Source: a virus. From it: 64,000 nt of DNA. Below are positions 56,714 to 64,000 of this stretch, piece by piece. Each line of letters opens with the position of its first letter. Position 1 is the first letter of the stretch. Both the position numbers and the translations under genes were made by a program. The notes below the pieces were generated by a model, which ran no database searches, was not told the DNA's origin, and saw only the letters and a list, made by a program, of their open reading frames with translations. The stretch lies in IMG/VR virus record IMGVR_UViG_3300010398_001198, positions 32,001 through 96,000 of that record; one strand, given 5' to 3'.

Positions 56714-56962
56714 CTACGCCACCCCCTGTGTGTCCACATTGTGCCGCCGACACCACGTCAGCAGCATCGCTTCGTAGGCCCACGCGCCCGAGCGCCGGCC
56801 ATGGTGCCAGCCGCCGCACGCGGTACACTCGTACACCTCCAACGTCAGGGGAATCCCCCCAGGCCAGCCCGCGTCAAGCGCCGCCTGCGCCTCGGCCTCA
56901 GTCTGGTACTGAGCCTTGCGGCCACAACTCACGCGGTGGCGGGGTCGGGAGGGCGTCTGCAT
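56714..56962 (-). CDS. Small Zn-ribbon protein
   Basis: CGRKAQY.TEAEA...VYECTACGGWH. Confidence 0.65.
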   Translation of the reverse strand: MQTPSRPRHRVSCGRKAQYQTEAEAQAALDAGWPGGIPLTLEVYECTACGGWHHGRRSGAWAYEAMLLTWCRRHNVDTQGVA

Positions 56963-56976
56963 CGTCGTGCCCTCCC

Positions 56977-57828
56977 TTATTCGATCTCTTCCACCGTGAG
57001 CATGTCGATGTTCAAGGCCCTTCGCAAGGCCCGTCCCGTCGCCCGCGTGGCCGCGATGCGAATGAAGTGTTGTTTCATGGGGGCTGCCTGGACATTGGCC
57101 GGCGTCGCATCCCCGATATCCGTAAAGCTCCGGCCATCGCCGAACCGCGCAACGCATTGGCACACGGCGACCTCTGGCGTCACTGTGACAATCGTAGTCG
57201 CCAGGTCGACCAGACCGCGCTCATGGGCCAACGCCACGAGACCGTTCACGTACACGTAGTACTTCCCCTGAATAAGCCGCACATACTGCTTGGGTACGTC
57301 GGCGAGCCGGAGCGGCGACGGGTCAGCGGCGGTCTCCTCTTCGGGAGGGCCGTCCTGCGCCGATGGTATCTCCGCGACGGGGGGGGCAGAGACCTCTACC
57401 CCCTGCTCCAGTCGCTCCAATTCCGCTGACAGATCCTTCGGGGGCATCTGCAACTGCTCCGGCGTGAGATGGGAGGCCCGGTGCGCCAGGACCACGGCAA
57501 TCCGGTGCTTGCACAACCCGAGAGGCGCCTGGTGCTGCTGAAAATCCTCACACTCACAGGTTTTCCCTTGAACTTGGTAGCACCCGCTGCCGGTCTCGGA
57601 TGCCACCTCATAGACGCCATCACCCTTGTAGACCACTTTGCTGCGATCGAGGGCGAGTGCCGTGGCCGGTGAGATGCGTGAGGTCAGCGCCTTGTCCGTA
57701 CTGCGGAGGGAGGCCACCGCCGAGGAAAGGCGCACAGCCTTCTTCCAGAGTGCGTCATCAAACGCGACGGTCCCCTGGCCTTCACGGGGAGCTTGGGTCG
57801 TGCCATTCGTCTGTGTTACACTTGCCAT
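56977..57828 (-). CDS. SWIM zinc finger fused to a Rad52/Sak-like annealing domain
   Basis: CECEDF...LCKHRIAV (SWIM); IQGKYYV...GL..LAH...IGDATP.NV....HFIRIAATRA.GRALR.ALNI...EE. Confidence 0.7.
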   Translation of the reverse strand: MASVTQTNGTTQAPREGQGTVAFDDALWKKAVRLSSAVASLRSTDKALTSRISPATALALDRSKVVYKGDGVYEVASETGSGCYQVQGKTCECEDFQQHQAPLGLCKHRIAVVLAHRASHLTPEQLQMPPKDLSAELERLEQGVEVSAPPVAEIPSAQDGPPEEETAADPSPLRLADVPKQYVRLIQGKYYVYVNGLVALAHERGLVDLATTIVTVTPEVAVCQCVARFGDGRSFTDIGDATPANVQAAPMKQHFIRIAATRATGRALRRALNIDMLTVEEIE

Positions 57829-57906
57829 TGCATGACTCCTTCTCGGTCAGTTGGATAATGCATCACCCCCCTGTCAGGGTGACGTCCTAACAGGGGGGCT
57901 CTCTAT

Positions 57907-60445
57907 TTAGGCTCTGCCGTCTGCCCCGCAGACAGCGCAATACTGCTGCTCGTTCCACGCGTGGACGTGCGCCGCCATGGCCCGTACCTCCTCTTGGGCT
58001 TGGCGCAAGACGCTGCTGACGGTATCGAGTTCCGTCAGCGTCCCCTCATACGCCGTGGGGCCACCGTCGCCGTGGAGCGTCGTCATCTCCTGGATGGCCG
58101 CGGTTTCGCGGGCCAGTTGGACGGCCAGGTGACTGCCGCGTAGCGAGGCGATCTCCAGCCACTGGAGGGCCGTGAGTTCGCCCTGGCGAAAGACGCGATA
58201 GCCGTTGTGATCGGTGATCTGTACTCGTATCTGCATCGTCTGTCTCCTCTATGCTATCGTTGTAATCGTATACCCCTGGTCGCGGAGTATCCGCAGCCAC
58301 GCCTCGGGCACCGTCCCCACCACGCGCAGGACCTGCCCCTCCTCGACCCACCGCAGCACCGTCTCGGTCGCGGTCCGCTGCATCGTGATGATCTTCATAC
58401 GCCACCGTCCCGGCGCCCCAGCGCCAGCAGCACGCGCCGCTGTTGCTCCGGGTTGCCGTCGAGTCCAAACGTCTGCCAGGTCCACACCCGCCCGGCTTCG
58501 CCGTAGCGCACAATCGCCTCCGCCACATGCTGGGCGCGTTGCACCGCGGTGCGGATGCGCTGAGGCCCGTAGGCTTTTCTGCCGAACTTCATGCTATACT
58601 TCCTTTCGTTGGTGATGCTTTGCGAGTCATCCGACACACGGTCCGCAGATAGGCCTCACCCTCCTGCGGACCACCTTCTCCATGTTAGTCCTCGTTCTCG
58701 TCCTCTGCGTCCTCCTTCCGTTGCCGTGGGCGCAGCAAGAGCCGCGCCGCGTTCAGTTTCGTGATCCATCCCTGCACCACCTGCCCCGTCGCGACGCCCA
58801 GGCCCCCGGCATACAGCGCCTCGTGCATCGAGGCGACCACGTCGGTGAGCAGCGTCCAGGGGTCCGACGGCACCGTGGGGGACCGACTGAGACAGCAGGC
58901 TGGGCACTCGTCCCAGCCGAGCTGGTGGTACACGTCGCACATATCACAGGGCTCGTCCGCCATCCGCATCTTCTCTGGGCGGCGCGTGGCCGCCTTAGGC
59001 TTTCTTGATCGTCAGAATCTCGACGAGGGGCTCGCCGTCCGAGCCCCAGCCGACAATGCGCCCCGTTCCGAGGTACAGCGGGCGCTCCGCAATCCCATAC
59101 CACCAGCCGGTATACTGCGTGTCCCCGTCCACGATCTCATACACCGACACCCCCGCCTCGCCGGTCTGCTCGCGGTGGTTGCGGCTGCATCCCCCTGCCG
59201 GCGGGGCACCATGCCGGGCAAAGCGAATCACCTCGCCCAGCCGCGCCATCCGACAGGCATGGCACGGATCGCTACAGGGGACGTCGTCTCCCCGGCCCCA
59301 CGGGGCATACACGCTCGTGTGGCCACAGGCATGGCGGTAATATTGGGCCATCGTTCGTCTCCTCTGGGATGGCTTACGCCGCCACCCGCGGTCGTGTGTT
59401 ACTCGCCGCCATTGAGATAATGCACCCGCGCCGCGGCCGCGTCGGGGGAGTCATGATCACTGTCCGCATGCCACTGGCCCTGCGGATCGTAAAAGCCCAC
59501 CGTCCACAGCCGGGGCTCGCTTTTGACGTACACCCAACAGATGCTCATCCTCGTCTCCCTCCCCCTAATGGGTACGTTGAATCAAGTCGGTGATCCGTTC
59601 GAGTGCCTTGATCACCAGGACCACCTCCAGGCCCACGCCCAACGTCATCAGGCCCAGCGTGAGCCCGACGACGGCCAACAGCACGCGATCCGCCATAGGT
59701 TCTCCTCGTGCCCCCGCCTCACCCTGTCTGGCATTGCTAGCCGTGTGCCGGGTGCATGCCTGAGAGTGGGCGGGGTGGTGTGTGCTAGGACCGCAAATAG
59801 GCGAGGTCCTTCTCATACTTCAGGTGATGGGCTTCCTGTTCGGTCAGCCCCAGAAACTCCCCGGGTTCAAAGTGAATCTCATCGGGATAGAAGCTGAACA
59901 ACTCCTTCTCAGTGCCATCCTCCAGGGTAATGTGCACCACCGGCAGCGGCATGAAGCTACTGGCCGGGTTGGTCGTGATACGAGCGCCAACGATTTTCAT
60001 GCGTCTTCCTTCTTTGTCAGTGTGCCTTGGGCCGGAATTGCACCGGCTCGCGTGGATTGTGGGTGCCTCCCTCTGCTGGGACCATCTTGGCCGTCTCCCT
60101 GCCGTACTGTTACGGTGCGCACCGCGTACGGGGCTACCCTCTCGAAGGGCTGCTTGTCGCTTACGGGTCACGGGGGTGGGTTGCAGGTCCAGGCGCCACC
60201 ACGCTGGCGAATCCATGCGTGTCACTGTCCACGCCGCCAGGGCACGAGTCTTAGGATTGTGTCTTGGCCTTCAAACGTCCAACCATAACCCGAACGCCAA
60301 AGCGCTGGCCGCAGCCGCCACACGCGGCGCGGCGCTGGTTCTGGTGAAAGATAATCCTGCCACCACAGACGCACGTATAGATGACCTGAAAGCCATCACC
60401 AAGGTGCACCTGAACATGCCCGGTGTGGGCCGTTGTCGTTGCCAT
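57907..60445 (-). CDS. Array of about nine small hypothetical genes (e.g. 57907-58236, 58395-58637, 58685-58969, 58995-59351, 59785-60000, 60251-60445)
   Basis: Short RBS-preceded ORFs with GC3-rich codons, all on the minus strand. Confidence 0.5.
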
Positions 60446-60642
60446 TGGTATTTCGCCCCTTGCTTTGGGGTTGACCCTCTCAGACTGGAGAGGGCTCATC
60501 AGTGCTCCAGCATTAGGAGCAGATACCAGACTCTCTTGAGCTGTCCCGCCTCGGCTCTGCGTGTCTGGCAAGTCCCCTTGTCAGCCCGCACCGTCCAAGG
60601 GTTGGCGGCGCCACCTGCGTGTGCAGTCGCTATATGCCTACT

Positions 60643-60671
60643 ATTATAAGCCTCTCTTGTATACTTTTCAA
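60643..60671 (-). promoter_or_regulatory. Strong leftward sigma70 promoter
   Basis: TTGAAA-N17-TATAAT on the minus strand. Confidence 0.75.
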
Positions 60672-60679
60672 TATAAAAA

Positions 60680-60695
60680 TACACTATTTAGTGTA
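60680..60695. promoter_or_regulatory. Palindromic operator between divergent promoters
   Basis: TACACTA-TT-TAGTGTA. Confidence 0.65.
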
Positions 60696-60708
60696 AAATA
60701 CTCGCATA

Positions 60709-60737
60709 TTGCAGAAAATTCCTTGATTGGCTATACT
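60709..60737 (+). promoter_or_regulatory. Rightward sigma70 promoter of the XRE gene
   Basis: TTGCAG-N17-TATACT. Confidence 0.7.
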
Positions 60738-60757
60738 TGCGAGAGAAAGGGGGGACT

Positions 60758-61003
60758 ATGATCCATTGTGGACAGCGCTTGCTGCTCGCACGGCGGACCC
60801 GCAAGCTCACGCAGACGGCCCTTGCCAAGCAGGTGGGGCTCAATCTCAATACGATTTCGCGGGCTGAGCGGAGCCCAGTGGCGACGCTGAGCGGTTACTA
60901 TATTGCCCGGCTGGCGCAGACGCTCGATGTGAGCGCCGACTACCTCTTAGGGCTCGACGAGGCGGCCACGCCACAGCTCGCGGCCAGTGTTGCCAGAGAG
61001 TGA
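60758..61003 (+). CDS. XRE HTH repressor
   Basis: GQRLLLARRTRKLTQTALAKQVGLNLNTISRAER...LAQTLDVSADYLLG. Confidence 0.9.
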   Translation: MIHCGQRLLLARRTRKLTQTALAKQVGLNLNTISRAERSPVATLSGYYIARLAQTLDVSADYLLGLDEAATPQLAASVARE

Positions 61004-61120
61004 CGGCAACCGCTTTGCGGCCCCTCGCTCGCCGTGGGACCAGGCCGCTCGCCTTCAGCGCGGAGCGGCCCCTCGTGACCTCCGTCCGTAGATTGAACCT
61101 AGGATGAACCCAGGATGGAC

Positions 61121-61483
61121 CTAGAGCAGGGCCAGTTGGGTATTGACCTGGTAACTGCGCGGCACGTACTCCTGCCGTGTCGCTTCATCCCAGACTGCCC
61201 ACGTATAGAACCACCGGCCACCTTCCCGCTGCGACACCGTATGATATGTGGCGTTGCCGTGGCCATGGCGCGAGGGCGTGGTGCCCACCGGATAGCCCAC
61301 GAGGTGGTAATGCACCGGGCCTGGTGGTGGCGGGTGCTCCTGCCCCATGTAGTTCAGCCGGTCAGTATACGCAGAACACGTACACGGCCCCAGGACGCGG
61401 GTCACGCGCAGGCCCTCGGGGTAGCAGGGATCGGGGCCGTAGTGGGCCGTGCGGACGTCGAGAATATCGCCTTCGCGCAGCAT
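61121..61483 (-). CDS. Hypothetical protein
   Basis: MLREGDILDV...; RBS AAGGAG. Confidence 0.5.
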   Translation of the reverse strand: MLREGDILDVRTAHYGPDPCYPEGLRVTRVLGPCTCSAYTDRLNYMGQEHPPPPGPVHYHLVGYPVGTTPSRHGHGNATYHTVSQREGGRWFYTWAVWDEATRQEYVPRSYQVNTQLALL

Positions 61484-61496
61484 CAGGATCTCCTTC

Positions 61497-61688
61497 TTAC
61501 GCAGGGTGACAGTCGCGGGTAAGCCGGCCAAAGGCGCAACACACCTTACAGAGCACCTGCTGCCCATTGATGACGTAGACTTCCTGCCAACACCCGGGCC
61601 GACAGCCCCAAAACTCCTGGGCCAGGACCGGTCCCAGGCCGAGGGTGAGGGTGAGGGCGAGGGCGATCACGAGGCGTTTCCAGAACAT
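61497..61688 (-). CDS. Secreted six-cysteine peptide
   Basis: MFWKRLVIALALTLTLGLGPVLA|QEFWGCRPGCWQEVYVINGQQVLCKVCCAFGRLTRDCHPA; RBS AAGGAG. Confidence 0.7.
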   Translation of the reverse strand: MFWKRLVIALALTLTLGLGPVLAQEFWGCRPGCWQEVYVINGQQVLCKVCCAFGRLTRDCHPA

Positions 61689-61701
61689 ACGGGGTCTCCT
61701 T

Positions 61702-61935
61702 TCAGCGCGTGTGGGCGTCGTCGGTTGGGACCTGCATGCCGTCGCGGGCCATCTCCCGCAGCAGCAGTTGTATGTCGCGGGCGAGCCGCCGCGCATGCTT
61801 GGGACAGAGGGCGAGCAGCAGGCCTTGGGGGCCAAGGACCTCGACGTGGTGGCCCCAAGACGCACAGGCGCCAGCGGGATAATCAGCCCCGCAGCGCACG
61901 ACGTTGGTAGAGCGATGGACGATGATGGCAGACAT
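61702..61935 (-). CDS. Hypothetical protein
   Basis: 77 aa; RBS AAGGAG. Confidence 0.5.
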   Translation of the reverse strand: MSAIIVHRSTNVVRCGADYPAGACASWGHHVEVLGPQGLLLALCPKHARRLARDIQLLLREMARDGMQVPTDDAHTR

Positions 61936-61947
61936 ACGGGGCTCCTT

Positions 61948-62745
61948 TCAGCGGGTGTGGGGGCCTTTGGCGAAATTGTCATTGCGCCGCTGCCGCAAAC
62001 AATATGCGCATTGCGTATATCCTGGAGGAACATGAGCTGTCAGCGTACACCTGGTGCCCATGGTCATCACCTCGTGCGTACGAGCTGTGACCCGCAAGGT
62101 CACGGTGCCACAATGGGTCATCCAGCCGTAGCGCCACTGATAATGCGGGTATCCGCTCGGTGCCTGCGCAACATCCTGGCCCTCGTCAATCACATAGCTA
62201 CGGAAACTATGGACCATGGTCGAGGGCAAGACGTTGGCATAGACTGATGGTGGATCGACGAGAGCGATCTTGTCTTTCGGGTCAACGCGGACGAGGCGCT
62301 GCCGCAGCAAGAAGTCGAGGGCATAGTGCTTCTGCATCCATATCCCTATGGGTGCTCCTAAGACCAGGAAGCACGGCATAGGGGGCTGCGGACGAGTCGG
62401 TATCGGCAGCGCTTGGGGAGCAGGCGTCTCGGTGGGGACGGCCACAAGCATCTCCGCAAACTGCGGCGTTGCCTCTCGCACGAGGGCGGTGAGCCGCACC
62501 GTATCCATCGGCACTGCGAACCATTCTCCACGAATACGATGGGCCGCCAGTAACGCATGGACCCGTTTTTCAATCTGGCGCAGATAGGCAGGCACATAGA
62601 CGCTTGCCAGGATACCTAAGCGCGAGGGATATCCTGTCTGTAAGGCTTGCAAGCGTTCCTCGACTGTCGTTGACGTGCTGCCAATTTTCACCGCTGTTTC
62701 GCCCTGCACGCCAATGGCATAAATGAAACCACCTTGGATCATCAT
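61948..62745 (-). CDS. T5orf172/GIY-YIG-like domain protein
   Basis: FIYAI....VKIGST....ERL..LQTG.P..L....EK.VH..L...RIRGEWF. Confidence 0.85.
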   Translation of the reverse strand: MMIQGGFIYAIGVQGETAVKIGSTSTTVEERLQALQTGYPSRLGILASVYVPAYLRQIEKRVHALLAAHRIRGEWFAVPMDTVRLTALVREATPQFAEMLVAVPTETPAPQALPIPTRPQPPMPCFLVLGAPIGIWMQKHYALDFLLRQRLVRVDPKDKIALVDPPSVYANVLPSTMVHSFRSYVIDEGQDVAQAPSGYPHYQWRYGWMTHCGTVTLRVTARTHEVMTMGTRCTLTAHVPPGYTQCAYCLRQRRNDNFAKGPHTR

Positions 62746-62775
62746 GTCTCCCTTCGCTTCCCCGGGTCAGAGGGC

Positions 62776-62978
62776 AAGTGTCTAAAGTGTCTAAGAGACT
62801 CTAGGGGCTTATTAGACACTTGAGATTTGCATTATCAATAGGTTAGATACTTTTAGATAGTTGTGCGGGACAATTCCCATATGTGCACCCGAATATATAG
62901 GACAGACGTGCGCGTCTTTCGCATGCGCGCATAAGGCAATTAACCGTGGAAACTGTCTAACTCTGTCTAAGTGTCTAA
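62776..62978. repeat. Convergent TGTCTAA repeat arrays (candidate primase-dependent origin)
   Basis: GTGTCTAA x2 (62776-62794), inverted TTAGACAC/TTAGATA (62812-62860), TGTCTAA x3 (62953-62978). Confidence 0.7.
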
Positions 62979-63008
62979 CCAACTCTCTATGGTTTATCAT
63001 GAACTCTC

Positions 63009-64000
63009 TTAGATACTGGTGTCTTTGAGTGCTACGCCCAGGCGCCACACGTAGTTACTGACGTGCTTGGCATAGCCCCGCTCATCGAGGCGTTTGCCCA
63101 TGGCGGTTAAGGTCATGGCGTATTCTCCGGTGGTGGCACACCAGGATTTATAGGCGTCATACAGTTCGCCGGCCTTGACCCGCGCTTCGTCCAGCCGGAT
63201 GCAGCATTCCTCGAGAAAGCGGCCCAGGCTGTCCATGTCGCTGCGGTACTCGGCGGTGGCCTGGTGCACCACGTCCGGTACTCCTAAGCCGGTCTGGCGC
63301 CACGCGAGACATCCGCGGACCGCCCAGGCCAGGATGCCCGGCAATTCTGCTTGGAGCTTGGCGGGCAGATCTTTGTCTTGCTCATGGTCGGGGATCGTCA
63401 CCGTAAACGGAATCCGGTGCAGCCTGCGCCAGATCGCATGGTCGGCTCCGCGAATGGTTGGTAAATGATTGCACGCCACCATGAGCTTAAAGGTCGGCTT
63501 GAACTCGAAAAACTCCTGATGCAAAAACCGGGCGGTTACCATGTCTTGCCCGGTCAGGCGCTTGAGCAGCTCCTCATCCAGCCGCTTGCCCTCACCAATT
63601 TCGACCGCGGTCACGAGGCGAGCCCCACGCAGCCGGGCGATATCGTTGGGAATGGTATCCTGCCGTTCCTTCGCGAGCAGCGAGGCAGAGGGCGTCGTCA
63701 GGGCATAGCCACCAAAGAGCGCCCGCAGCGTTTCCAGATAGGTGCTCTTGCCATTGGCCCCACTGCCATGCAGGACACACATGCACTGTTCGCTGGTGTC
63801 GCCCGTCAGGGCATAGCCGACAAAGCGCTGCTGAAATTCGATGAGCGTCTGGGCCTGCTGATCCGCCTGGTTGCGATTGTCCATCTCCCCAGCGCCCATG
63901 GTATCGGGATCGATCGGGCCTTGCGATCCTCCCATAATCCGCCAGAGGAAGTGTTCCCACGTGGGGCAGGTGGCGAGGGGATCATAGACAATCTCCAGGC
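63009..64000 (-). CDS. P4-family/D5-like primase-helicase, SF3 helicase part (5'-truncated by the window)
   Basis: YDPLATCPTWEHFL..., LHGSGANGKST, LTGQD.VTARFLHQEFFEF.P.FKL...CNH.P, AIWRR...IPF; the frame is open to the window edge. Confidence 0.93.
   Translation of the reverse strand, partial: LEIVYDPLATCPTWEHFLWRIMGGSQGPIDPDTMGAGEMDNRNQADQQAQTLIEFQQRFVGYALTGDTSEQCMCVLHGSGANGKSTYLETLRALFGGYALTTPSASLLAKERQDTIPNDIARLRGARLVTAVEIGEGKRLDEELLKRLTGQDMVTARFLHQEFFEFKPTFKLMVACNHLPTIRGADHAIWRRLHRIPFTVTIPDHEQDKDLPAKLQAELPGILAWAVRGCLAWRQTGLGVPDVVHQATAEYRSDMDSLGRFLEECCIRLDEARVKAGELYDAYKSWCATTGEYAMTLTAMGKRLDERGYAKHVSNYVWRLGVALKDTSI

Noticed and set aside
1-64000. Host taxonomy
   Set aside because: No housekeeping or rRNA marker. 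High GC and lipoprotein/T4SS genes suggest a diderm host but allow no assignment.

Overview
This GC-rich window holds no rRNA, tRNA or CRISPR array that I can see, and it reads as one composite mobile element. (1) 1-8.1 kb (+): contractile-tail baseplate and fibre genes, including a 923-aa tube-initiator/LysM/gp25-like fusion, baseplate J, a repeat-expanded gpI/gp7-like wedge and a fibre with an S74 chaperone. (2) 8.3-18.4 kb (+): seven consecutive fibre/LamG/beta-helix genes, each with an N-terminal signal peptide, behind their own promoter. (3) 18.6-32.2 kb: temperate-phage early region with an SSAP-like gene, DNA methylase, lambda-O-like initiator with iterons, HNH genes, ParB-like, HAD, VRR-NUC and a cro/cI-like pair. 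(4) 34.1-50.3 kb (+): an F/PFGI-1-like conjugative T4SS (pilin, TraL/E/K/B/V/C, TraH/PFL_4711-like, TraG-like, TraU, TraD). No HUH relaxase is visible, and an Integrase_1-type tyrosine recombinase follows. (5) 52.1-60.6 kb (-): an array of small genes (methyltransferase, resolvase, NADAR, SWIM-SSAP) that all point at a non-coding gap beside the recombinase, as in a conjugative leading region. (6) 60.8-64 kb: XRE, T5orf172 and a P4/D5 primase-helicase cut by the window edge. A ~100-bp element (inverted arrays of 7-bp repeats around a palindrome) occurs three times in the phage half and once inside the tra cluster, which suggests one shared regulon, i.e. a candidate conjugative phage or phage-ICE hybrid. 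Capsid, terminase, lysis genes and element ends lie outside the window. All family calls come from motif recognition by eye, with no database search.
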